Origin: Mobula hypostoma
Lineage: Eukaryota
Length of the DNA stretch: 64,000 nt
NCBI RefSeq assembly: GCF_963921235.1
Contig: NC_086097.1
Span: 43,650,001 to 43,714,000 of the forward strand
Direction of reading: 5' to 3'
Below, piece by piece: positions 52,290 through 64,000 of this stretch (the first letter of the stretch is position 1; every line of letters starts with the position of its first letter). The translations under genes were made by a program, and so were the position numbers. The notes below the pieces were generated by a model, which saw only the letters and a program-made list of their open reading frames with translations, was not told the origin of the DNA and made no database searches.

Positions 52290-53405
52290 GGTTCCAAAGG
52301 ACTGGAAAAATATAAATTTCACTCCACTCTTTAACGAAGGAAGACAGAAGAAAGGAAATTATAGGCCAGTCAGCCTGACTTCAGTGGTTTGGGAGATGTT
52401 GGGAGTCCCTTATTAAGGATGAGGTTTCAGAATCTTGGGAGGCACATGTAAAATATGACAAAATCATCATAGTTTCAAGGAGAATCTAGCCTAACAAATC
52501 CACTGGAATTCCTTGAGGAAATAACAAGCAGGATAGGCAAAGGAGAGTCAGTGGGTGTTGTTCATGGGAATTTTCAGAGGCCTTTCAAGGTGCCACACGA
52601 TAAGATCCCACGGTATTACAGGAAATATACTAGCATAGATAGAAGATTGGCTGACTGGCAGGAGGCAAAGAGGTGGAATAATGGGGGGCTTTTCTGGTGG
52701 GCCGCTGGTGACTAATGGTGTTCCACAGGGGTCTATTTTGAGACTGCTTCTTCTCATGTTATATGCCATTGTGATGACCTTGTGACCAAGTTTGCGGACG
52801 ATGTGGAAACAAGTGAAGGGTCAGGCAGTGTTCAGAAAGCAGGGATTCTGAAGGATGGAGGTTGGTAGAATAGCAAAAAAGCGTCAGGTGAAATACAGTG
52901 TATGGCCATGCACTGTGGTAGAAAGAATAAAAGTGTAGACCATTTTCTAATTTGGGAGAAAATTCAAAATTGAGGTACAAAGGGACTTGGGAGTCCTCAT
53001 GCAGGATTCTGTGAAGGATGATTTGCAAGCTGAGTTGGTGGTAAGAAAGGCAAATGCAATGCTAGCATTCATTTTGGGAGGACTAGAAATATAAAAGCAA
53101 TAATGTAATGCTAAGGCTTCATAAGGCATCAGTCATACCCCACTTGGAGTACTGTCAGTAGCTGTGGACCCCTTTATCTGAGGAAAGATGTACCCTCTCC
53201 AATGCCAGCATAAGGGAGGTTCATGAGAATTATTCTGGGAATGAACGGGTTAATAGCTCAGTCAGTGTCCATATTTACTTGAGTTTAGAAGAATGAAAGG
53301 GGATCTCAGTGAAACCTATCAAATGTTAAAAGGCCTAGATAGAGAGGATGTGGAGAGAATATTTCCCTATTGTGGGTGAATCTTGGATCAGAGGACACAG
53401 CCTCA
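52290..53405 (+). mobile_element. Degenerate CR1 RT fragment
   Basis: aattataggccagtcagcctgacttcagtgg (NYRPVSLTS), ggtgttccacagggg (GVPQG) and aagtttgcggacgat (KFADD). Confidence 0.82.
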
Positions 53406-54620
53406 GAACAGTGATAGGTGAAGCCAGGTAGGTAGGAAGGGTAAAGGGCTGGAGAGGAAGGAATCTGTTAGGAGAAGACAGTGGACCATAGGAGAAAGGG
53501 AAAGACGAGGGGCACTAGGGAGGCTATGGACTGGCACATCAGAACGGGAACTGGAATCTGAATTAAAATGTTTGACCACTGGGAAATTCCATTTTTGGCA
53601 GATGGAGCGGAGGTGCTCAATGAAGCGGTCCCCCAAATTACATTGGGAGCACTGGACGCAATAGATGACCCCAGCAGATTCACAGGTGAGGTGCTGCCTC
53701 ATCTGGAAGGACTGTTTGCGGCCCTGAACAGGGGTGAGAGATGAAGCCAATGGGCAGGTATAGCATTTTGGCTGCTTGCAGGGATTAAGTGCTCGGAGGG
53801 AGATTAGTGGGGAGGGACGAATAGACAAGGGACTTATGGAGGGAATGATCCCTGCAGAAAGCAGAGAGATGGGGACAGGTAAAGATATGCTTGGTAGTAG
53901 GATCCCTTTGGAGATGGCAGAACTGTGGAGAATAATGTGTTGGATGCAGAGGCTCAAAGGTTAGTAGGCAAGGACAAGAACAACTAAACAACAGGAATTC
54001 TGCAGATGCTGGAAATTCAAGCAACATACATCAAAGTTGCTGGTGAACGCAGCAGGCCAAGCAGCATCTATAGGAAACGTCGACTGCGCCCCTTCCTATA
54101 GATGCTGCTTGGCCTGCTGCGTTCACCAGCAACTTTGATGTATGTTACAAGAACAACTATTTCTGTTAAGGGAGCAGGAAGATGGAATAAGGATGGATGT
54201 TCAGGAAATGGAACAGATACGGGTGAGGATAGCAACAATGATGGTGGAAGGGAAACCCTGGTCTTAGAAGGACAACATCTCTGATGTCCTGGAAAAGAAA
54301 GCTTCATCCTGGGAACAAGATGGTGGAGACAAAGGAATTGAAAAAGGGGAATTGCATTTTTACAGGAGACAGGGTGGAAAGAGGTAAAGTTAAGATAGCT
54401 GTGAGAATCTGTAGGTTTATAGAAGATGCTGGTCAACAGTTTATCTCCAAAGATGGAAACAGAAAGATCAAGAAAGGGGATGGGAGGTGTCAGAAATGGA
54501 CCAAGTGAATTTAAAGGACAGGTGAAAGTTGGAGGCAAAGTTAATGAAATTGACAAGCTCAGCACAGGTACATGAAGCAGCACCAATGCTGTCGTCAACT
54601 TAGTGGTGGTGTTGGGGATC
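53406..54620 (-). mobile_element. Older Penelope-like fragment interrupted by a younger PLE-tail insertion
   Basis: PFLDLSVSI..YKPTDSHSYL, CKQPKCYTC and AGVIYCVQCSQC, frameshifted. Confidence 0.88.
53987..54146. mobile_element. 160-bp Penelope-tail insertion containing a perfect 54-bp inverted repeat
   Basis: 13-bp TSD acaagaacaacta (53974-53986 and 54147-54159); arms 54023-54076 and 54093-54146 with a 16-nt spacer. Confidence 0.92.
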
Positions 54621-55270
54621 ATTACAGGGTGAAAATATCACGCTTTTAAAATCTGCAGACAATGAACCTTATTCGAAGCTGTATCTCAAGTAAATCTATT
54701 AACTTTCTCCCCGAGATTTTCAACATTCCATTATTCTCTGCCCCCCCCATAAATATAACATGCCACTTATCACTGTTCAGGCTCTCATTGACCTGATACA
54801 CATTTAGAGATTTTTCTAAAATCACATTTCCTCTGCAAGAGTGCACACTAAATATATTGCACTGTTGCCAAAATCTCTCAAACTAATTATATTCTTGATT
54901 ATTTTAGTACTTGCCACATTAGCATGATTTAAGAGGATCATTTATAGTAAATGTTAAATAAAGATAATTACAAATTAATCTGTTATAAATGGGTGATAAA
55001 AACATCTTTGTAGATTTCTAGAAACTAGCAATGCAACAACTCTCAATTAAAACCCTCTCACATTTGCAGAACTGGTCCAATACATTATTAACTTGTGTGC
55101 TGCTTCTAATGTGTTTGGGATACTTTTCAACAAATATCAAATTGGCTGATAGAACAAGGTTCAACTAGTTTTAACCAGCCCAATGAAACAAAATAAATTC
55201 TTTCGTAAGGATAAAAATGACAACATGCAGCCACTAATGTTCTTGTCAATAACACAGGTTTCAAAAACTA

Positions 55271-55513
<243 letters not shown>

Positions 55514-55833
55514 TTATAAAAACATGTTACTTTAAAGAATGCAAATAACAATGAACAAGTTTTTTTCCTTGACCTCAATCTCTTCAAAGCAATAACTGTT
55601 GAATGCATTGTAGCTAACATATGAAGCACTTAAATGTAAATAAGTTTTCACTTAAAAACTAAAAGGGTGCATTAGAAAGGTATAATGAATATGCATGTCA
55701 CCACACAACTACTGCAAAAAAAATGCAAGTGCAGAGCAACCAGAGAATGTTCGCTTTTCAAAAGTCTGAGGGGATCTAAGCAGAATCCTCCTGAAATTTA
55801 ACCTTAGGTTTCCAGTCTTCAACAACATCTCAA

Positions 55834-56529
55834 CAGACATCACACCCTGCAAAAACTGATTTCAGGCAGGTAGCACCATCAATTTGCGGGAAACTTCCTG
55901 GGAGAGGTGGGATGTCTGCAATAGAGTAGCTCCTTAGCAGCTAGCCAGCTAGTTTAAATAACATTAGCTATGCTAATGAATGAATGACACCTGTTAAACT
56001 CACCTCAACATGTCTTTTACAGTCTTAACCCACCATGGGCAATAGAAAAGTCACTGTTGCAAACAGTGCAGCGAGCAACGCTGTCATTATTTTGACCCCT
56101 ATTAGGCAGGGGTACACTTCAGTGTAGTCTCAGGTGACGTACGTTTTATATTTTCTTTTTATTTTGGAACACTCTGCCATGGCGCGCTCTTGCTCTCTCT
56201 CGCGCTCTCGCTTTCTCTCTCGCTCACTTTCTCTCTCGCTCGCTCTCTTGCTTGCTTTTTCGATTGCTCTCTCGCGCTCTCGCTTGCATTCTCTCTCACG
56301 CTCTCGCTTGCATTCTCTCTCTCGCGTTCTCGCTTGCATTCTCTCTCGATCGCTCTTGCTTGCTTTCTCTCTCGATCACTTTCGCTTGCTCTCCCGCTTG
56401 CTTTCTCTCTCTCTCGCTTGCTTCCTCTCTCTTTCTCGCTCTCAAAAAAATTGATTTCCGTGATATTGTATATAATTTGTGGGCATATGCGGGAGACTCC
56501 CGGAACTTCCGGGAGAGGTGGGATGTCTG
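55834..56529. mobile_element. Probable non-autonomous DNA transposon carrying a CT/CG-rich microsatellite
   Basis: Imperfect TIR cagacatcacacc / ggtgggatgtctg; the right-end motif gggagaggtgggatgtctg also occurs at about 55900-55918; no TSD found. Confidence 0.5.
56183..56443. repeat. Degenerate (CT)n / ctcgcttgc compound microsatellite
   Basis: Repeated ctctcgcttgcattctctc units. Confidence 0.9.
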
Positions 56530-57184
56530 TTACAAGTTATTCCAACAAGCAGAGATCAAACCCCAGTACAAATCAAGATTAAAGTCATATCATCACTCAA
56601 AATTTCCCCATTTTACCCTCAGTATAATATCGCACTTCAGCTCCAACAAGCTTTCCATTAGAATTAACCTAATCTAAAAGATGAGTCACCCCCATTCTAG
56701 AAGGTTATCCCTTTCAGTGGTCATTTTTCACTTTCACTTGTGCAGAGAATGAGTCATTGTTAGCTTAGTCAAACATGAGGGAAGGAACTCTGCACTAAAT
56801 AATCATACAAGGGGAACTATAGCTATACCAACCTTCAACACTGCACTTTTTAGGGTGAATGGCCAATCTATGGAAAATGTGGGTTACTTTTCAAATCTCA
56901 GAAGCTACTCATCAATTGAAGGCAAATGTTGATAACAAAATTCATCACTACTGCATTAGCACCATCTTTGGCTACCTGAAGTGTTGAGATCAAAGGTCCA
57001 TCAGACACCAGTAATCCCCACCCTCCTCTATACTTGGACTACCTGGACTATCAACAGCAGTAACTGAAAGCAGTGGAGAGGTACCAGCAGTCCTGACTCA
57101 GCAAATTCAATAGCATAATGTCCAAAAAGGACTTCAGTTTCATTTTTCTGGGTAACATTTCAAATCAAACATACTCCACATCAT

Positions 57185-57985
57185 TCTCATGATGGCAAAT
57201 GTACGATAATGCACTTTGGTAAAAGGAACAATAGTGTGGACTATTATCTAAATGGGGAGAAAACTCAAACAGAGGTGCAAAAGGTACTTTGGAGTTCTTC
57301 TGCAAGTCTGCCAGAAGGCAAATTCACAGGTTGAGTCTATGGTAAAGGCAGCAAATGTGATATTGGCATTTATTTCAAGGGAAACAGAATATTAAAACAA
57401 GGAGATAATGCTGAAGCTTTACGATATAGTAGTCAAGCCACACAGTATTGCCAACAATTTTGGGCCCCTTATCTCAGAAAGGATGTACTGTCATTGGACA
57501 GAGTCCAGAGGAGGTTCATAAGTATGATTCTGGCAATGAAGGGGTTAACATATGAGGAGCGTTTGGCAGCTTTGAGCCTGTACTCACTGGAATGTAGAAG
57601 AATGTGTGGGGATCTCACTGAAACCTACTGAATGTTAAAAGGACTAGAGTAAGGTGGATGTGCAGCAGATGCTTTTACTGGTGGGGGTATCCAGAACTAC
57701 AGGGAACAGCCTCAAAATTGAGAGGTGGCCTTTTAGAACAGGAGGAGGAAATTTTTTAGCTAATAGTGGTGAATCTGTGGAATGCTCTGCCACAGACTGC
57801 AGCAGAGGCCAAGTTCCTGAGTATACTTAAAGCGGACGTTGATAGATTCCTGTTTGGTAGGAGCATCAAGGGATATGGCGCGAGGGCAGGTGTATGGGTT
57901 AAGTGGGATCTGGAATCAACCATGATGAAATGGCGGAGTGGACTCAATGGGCTGAATAACCTAATTCTGCTCCTATGTTTTATGG
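57185..57985 (+). mobile_element. CR1 3' fragment
   Basis: VVNLWNALPQTAAEAKFLSILKADVDRFL and the tail atgggctgaataacctaattctgctcctatgtttt. Confidence 0.82.
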
Positions 57986-58637
57986 TAATGAACTTAAACA
58001 GGCCACCTACCCTGGAGATTTGTCAAAACAAAAAATAACTCCAAGGGCCAAGGAAACACTTTAGCTGTTCTAAATATGTCACAGAGAAATATAAACTCTT
58101 CCCCAATCCATGGCAACACCATGACTAATCAAAAAGAATTTTCAGGGCAATATACGATGATGTATATGTACTTTAATAAATTCACTTTGAAATAAACAAA
58201 AAATATTCAAGAAACCACTGAGGACTCACTCTTTTTAAATCAGGAGCATACAGAAGCAATAAGCTACAGATTCCCCCAAGCTTACAAATACCCAATTTAC
58301 ACACAGCCTGTACATAGGAAGGAATGCTTAGGAGACTGATGGCACTGTCAGTGCTGATAATAAAATAAAATAACACAACAGCACTCTTGCTATTTTACTT
58401 GTGCACAAGAACAGCACTGGAGCCTGTCACCCACACTGTTCGAAAGCCAGGCTAGAAAACTGCTATTTTCATACAGTTAAGGATACTGATCACTGTAAAT
58501 TGATTATGTTTGAATTCCTTCCTCACAAGATCAATCACCATTCACCATAGAGGAAAGTTAGTAGACACAATAGTTGCTGGGTTTGTTTCACATCCTTCCA
58601 TTATCCTTATCTGGTCTGTCTCCAGTATCCCCTACAG

Positions 58638-59839
58638 CAGTGGTCCCCAACCTTTTTTGCACTGCGGACCGGTTTAATATTAACAATATTCTTGCGGACT
58701 GGCCGACCGTGGGGGGGGGGGGGGTAGGGTTGCCAATGGACAAGAGTAGCAGTCAAATACATTGTTTACCCCGAGAAAACTACAATGACCATGAAGCCTT
58801 GCGCGGGCACCAGTGCGCATGCATGAACGTGCCAATTTTTCCCTACAAATCGCTTTTGCCGATTCTGTTCGGGTGGGGAGGGGGGGTGGTGTTAATCACG
58901 ACCGGAATATAGGTGATAAGTGGCTAATACACTCAATTTCATTTCTAAAAGGCTTTATCTAACAAATTTAATATTAAACACACAGTGCATATTTTCCTCG
59001 CATGAATACAGCAATAAGTCAATTATCAAGGGAGCTTGAAGTAAGTGTTGAATGAACTTCAGTAGAAGTGGTAGAGGCAGGTTTGATGTTGTCATTTAAA
59101 GTTAAATTGGATAGGTATATGGACAGGAAAGGAATGGAGGGTTATGGGCTGAGTGCAGGTCGGTGGGACGAGGTGAGAGTAGCGTTCGGCACGGACTAGA
59201 AGGGCCAAGATCGCCTGGTTCCATGCTGTAATTGTTATATGGTTATATAAGTCAGTTATAAGTCAATAGCATCATAACATTTTAAGTAACGTTTGGATAT
59301 TAAACACACAGCACATATTTTCCCTGTATGAACATATAAAATCATTGCAACACACCAATATTGCTGAATCAGTGGGAGCCCTGGGCTTGCTTTCCTGCAA
59401 CAAGACGGTCCCATCGAGGGGTGACGGGAGACAGCGATACTCTAAGGGGGTTCCTTATGTCTAGTCTATTCGCAATTTGGTTTTCGTTGCATTCATTGCA
59501 GAGATATGTTGGAAATGGAAGCAGTGTTTTCAGTGCTTTAGTGGCTATCTCAAGATATTTAGCCTTGTCTTTGATCCAGAATGCCAGCAGAGATGTTATG
59601 TCAAACATACTTTTCAGCCCGTCGTCATTTGCAAGCTCGAGGAGTTGATCTCCTTCCCGCGCTGACATGGATGACGCGTGCGTAATGAGCTCGCGCAGGT
59701 AATCACCTCGCGTCCGTTCAACTTCACCAGTGCGTGACAGGAGATGAGGAAAGGCGCAGCTGACTCATATCCCCAAATCATATCATTTCCTCGCGGCCCA
59801 GTAGCACATGCTTTGCGGCCCGGTGGTTGGGGACTGCTG
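58638..59839 (-). mobile_element. Charlie-like hAT non-autonomous element (same family as 37136-37921) with an embedded CR1 3' end
   Basis: TIRs cagtggtccccaacc / ggttggggactgctg; perfect 8-bp TSD ccctacag (58630-58637 and 59840-59847); same transposase remnant as the 37-kb copy. Confidence 0.92.
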
Positions 59840-62800
59840 CCCTACAGTGTAAAGGGGCACTATGTTTTAGGAAGACTTTTCTGGAAAAGTCTCACGATAG
59901 AGGCTCCAGTTGTTTGGCTTGATTGCACACTGCCACAGTCACCTCACCTATCTCATCTGTAATAAGCAGTCTCACTTCAAATGTCTCGGTTGACTACAAA
60001 TGCCTTACCATGACTTCCTCAGTATGGATTTGCTGGTTACTATGAGCATCTGCCTGGGAACTCTGTTCAAAACACTTTTCTGACTTTGCCAAGTTCCTGC
60101 TGTCCCAGCTCTGGCAGAATCTGTGGATCCTTTAAAAGCCTCAGAAACGAGGCAATAGCATATGATCCTCAATTCTTCAGGACTGTTCAAGATGATAAAA
60201 ATGGAAACCAACCTACTTGAGAAACAATCGCAAAGAAACCCTTTCCTTCTCTTACAAGTACCAGGCAGAAATTTTGTCGAAGTTCAGGAGCAAATTTACT
60301 TTCAATTTATTATTCCCAGTTAGGACTTGTAAAGGAATCTTGCTGCTATCAATAAAAATATAACAGGAAATCCCTATAAGACAAAAATTGCAGTCTTCTA
60401 TAAATTAACCCAACAGATTAAAATAAGGAAACAATTTAATCTGTAACATAATGTGATGGTCAAACATGAGTAGTCAATTCCTCCTTCAAGACTCAAGTCT
60501 TTTAACACAAAATTGGCAAGTTTTGAACAAATTCTGCCTATCAGAGTTCATTTGTACATTTGTCCAAGTTTGTACTATATACTTGGATGACAAAAATCAA
60601 CTTATTAATTTGACATTGCATGCCTTCTGATATTACCCAAAATTTCTCTCTACCTCAAGTTTTAAATATACTACTTAAATAAATCTTCTAAACTTGAGGA
60701 AATAAAGACAAAAAATATGATTTTAATTTGTATTAATTTAGTGAAGCAGCACTCTACCCCAAAGGAGAATGTATTTTTCCTGAATGGTACGCAATATAAA
60801 GCTGTTCTCAAAGGCTTTACAAAGCAGAAGGATCTTTTTTTCTCATGTTGGTATTCAAACATCTAGAGATATAGTCAAAGATTCTATTTAATGTTGTTTC
60901 TAATGGTTATCCAAGTCATGTTTATCTACATTTGTTGGGTTTCCCAACTAAAATATTTGGATTTTAAATAGTAGTGAATGACCCTGTATCCTCACATTAA
61001 ATTCCTTTGCTCACAGAACTTTCATTTACAACATATTCCACCTCTTGCTTACAATTCACTACTACTTCAGTAACTTCATTTGACTGCTGATAATTTGAGG
61101 CCACAAGGCAGATCCCCAGGAGCACCACATGGATTTCTTCATGATGCTGCAGTTACCCCTCACATCAAAGGCAACCTAGCTGATAAAATGGATATAGTGT
61201 AAATAATTGGCGGGAAATAAGCAGTGCGGAATGGGATTGTGCTGAAATCCAATACAGACACCAAGGAGTAAATAGATACCTCTCCTAAGTCATAAAGATG
61301 TACAAGATAAGACGCTTTTAAAGGAGAGGAGCATAATACATAATGTATTATTCTTCTGTCCTTATGAAGCTTCGTCCATTACAAAAGGAGACAGACTAGT
61401 TGCAAAAAAAAACAGCCTTAGGTCAGCCTAAATTGTGAAATGAAAAGCCTCGCTACATAGTTAATATGCATATATGAGAAATTAAAAGGTTAACTACACA
61501 TACAAAATATACCCCTGTAAATCTCCTGTGTACTTTATGTATCATACAGTGAAGGGATTGTAAATACTAAGCAACCATATAATTTCAATGTTTTCTGTCA
61601 TTCTAAGGAAAATTATTCTGATTTCTGTCATGGCAACAAGAATGCTGACGCAAATTGCAATTCAAGTAATTTAAAAATTCATTTATTGCTCTATTCAATG
61701 ATATGCTGTAGAAATATTAATGGACAAAATTTGCAAGTGCAATATTTTAAAAAGCCTGTCATATATTGATTCAGTTGGTATTATAGAACTCAAGCTTGCT
61801 TTTCCAAAAATGCTGCTGATAACATGCGGTCCCAATGTTCACAAAAAAATAATTGCATAGGAATTATGAAATAATCCCTAAATAAAACCGGAAAATAATT
61901 GGGAAGCCATGAGCTACATAGATTATCCTAGTTTCATTCAAAATTGAACGTTCATGGGAAACTCAAGAAAATTGTCAGAAATAATTTGAAGGCAATACCT
62001 CTGGGTGTGAATATTTCGAAAAATACTTTTCTCACTTGAGAAAACATTCATAGCAAGACCTTGGGCCCCTTTTTCAAACTTGCGTCAAAGACACTTGTTT
62101 CTTCAAAATGGTTCTAGCATAATTTGGAATAAATTTAATGTAGACAATGAGCTTTGACAAAAAGGAATCTTCAATGTTTCTTCAAGTTTCTTTTGAACAG
62201 AGGTTTCTTTCCTAATCCAATTTTTAAAAAATCAACCCTAGGAAATAAGGCAAAGTAAATACATGCTGTTTTATCACTACAAAACCATTACGAGGCATCT
62301 ATTGGCACACGACCATTCTGTATTAATCATTTTGGTAGCAAAACACAGGGAATATTATCCAGTTTCTCAGGATAGCATGTGCTAGGAATTATCAATTTGT
62401 GCAAGTATGAACACTTTTTCCTCAATCACAAGTCACTGAATACTTTCCCAATTAGTTTACAGTTTTGGAATTCTCCTGAATGCAATCTTACATCTCACTT
62501 ACAACAGAGCTTTGAACCAAAAATTAAAGTTGCTTTACTTTGGGGAAAAAAAGCAAATTAGAACACTAAATTATTAACATTATCATTGTCAGTCAGTTGT
62601 AACAAGCCCTTTGCAAAGTTTAAAATACATCCAATTTTCTGCCAGTATAGTGGAGAACACAAGGAAACTGTGAGAGTGTACTAATTGCAAAAAGATGTGC
62701 AGAAATAACAAACATTTAAAAAATGATAAATTTAATAGTTAATAGAACTGGAAACAAATGACTGAGTACAGAATTAGAATAACCTAAATTATGATAACTA

Positions 62801-63301
62801 ATGCAATTATTTGTTTAAAAATTACCATTTAGAAACTGCAAAGCAATACAAACACCATCTACAAAGAAAAAAAAAATCAAATTTCATGAAAAGCAAACTC
62901 GAAAGGCCAGGTTTTGTCAGACTGCCTCATTTGGACCGTAGCATGTAACAGAAATAACTGTTTCTGCTTTCATCTTTTATGTGGAGAATAGACCAGGAAG
63001 ATCAGTTTGCTTAATTGGATTGTGGCTTTATAAATCTTTTTCCAAAATGGTTCATGGAAAAGATCCATTTCGGTTTTTTGGGCAGGAAATCCATAAGTTT
63101 TCTCAGTTTTATATTTTACATTGTGCATTGTATTTCAACATCCTTGCTTGAAGATACAAAACTTACACGGCACCATTTTAACTATAAAACTGGTACCATC
63201 AATATTGATGATCTGTTTTAAAAATATTTACATGTTTACTTATGTAATGGCAAGGTTGGAACCTTGGACATAAACTAGGAAGGGAAAATTAACTTAGCAC
63301 C

Positions 63302-63389
63302 CGACTCAAAATGCCGGAAGAACTCAGCTTGTCAGGCAGCACCCATGTGTTGCTCTGGATTTCCTGCAACTGCAGAATCGCGTGCTTAC
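63302..63389 (+). mobile_element. 88-bp Penelope-tail insertion with internal inversion
   Basis: TSD aattaactt(a/t)gcacc (63287-63301 and 63390-63404, 14/15); tail halves in opposite orientations. Confidence 0.72.
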
Positions 63390-64000
63390 AATTAACTTTG
63401 CACCTTTTGTTGTGGAGGTGATGGCATATAAATTAAATAATCTCATAGGTAACCACTACCCACGTTCTAACCCCAACAAATAGCTCCAGTATTTAAATTC
63501 AGTTAAGTCTGGTCATCTCAATCTTTTGAAGTCATCTAGCAATCACAACAACAAAACCATAAGTGATCTTGGGACTGGATTTAAACAGGCCAAAGTTATT
63601 TCATCATGGGGTAATGCTACAAAGCTACCTATTCCCTACCAACATCAGTGTAGAAGTACCTTCACCAGAAGGACTACACTAGTTCACTGCCATCTTCAAA
63701 ATAAATAGGTGATGGAAGAACACCAGTGAAGACCTTAGTATGCTTACCAGTGAGAACTTTATTCCAAAAATGAACGAATACTTGATTCCCCCAACATATA
63801 CTGCAGCAATATTGAATTTCTGTCAGAGGTTTATACTTCTAAACCGTGCATCAACACAAAAGTTATGTTTTGGTGGAACATAATTCAAGCAGTGGCTAAG
63901 TTGTTGGTGAGTGTACTTCTGTTGGTGACTCTTTCTATCATAGAGGGAAGAAAATGATTGATTATATTACCTTGGCAACATTGTACATGTCTAGTAAATG

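Noticed and set aside
56130..56677. ORFs rich in RE/SL repeats
   Set aside because: Translation artefacts of the CT microsatellite.
63748..63838. Open frame ending at a phase-1 G|GTAAGC donor, as a possible upstream PPP2R5C exon
   Set aside because: No ATG, no similarity to known B56-gamma N-termini, and weak acceptor context.

Overview
Eukaryotic (vertebrate) genomic DNA. The repeat content suggests a cartilaginous fish, possibly a ray or skate (inference). The window lies entirely inside a minus-strand PP2A B56-gamma gene (PPP2R5C). Eleven GT-AG coding exons (55497 down to 6029, 1232 nt) splice into one open frame; the first and last exons lie outside the window. A 66-nt in-frame candidate extra exon sits at 4299-4364. 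The introns are packed with mobile DNA: a young L1 ORF2, many CR1 and Rex1-like fragments, SINEs, hAT/Tigger/Tc1 elements and a solo LTR. The most interesting system is a TSD-flanked, Neptune-like Penelope element (49348-52263; RT + GIY-YIG) with a minimal type I hammerhead ribozyme near its 3' end. It is accompanied by very short (about 90-190 bp) TSD-flanked insertions made only of the ribozyme and 3' tail, several with internal inversions, one forming a perfect 54-bp hairpin. All calls were made by eye; no database searches or folding programs were run.
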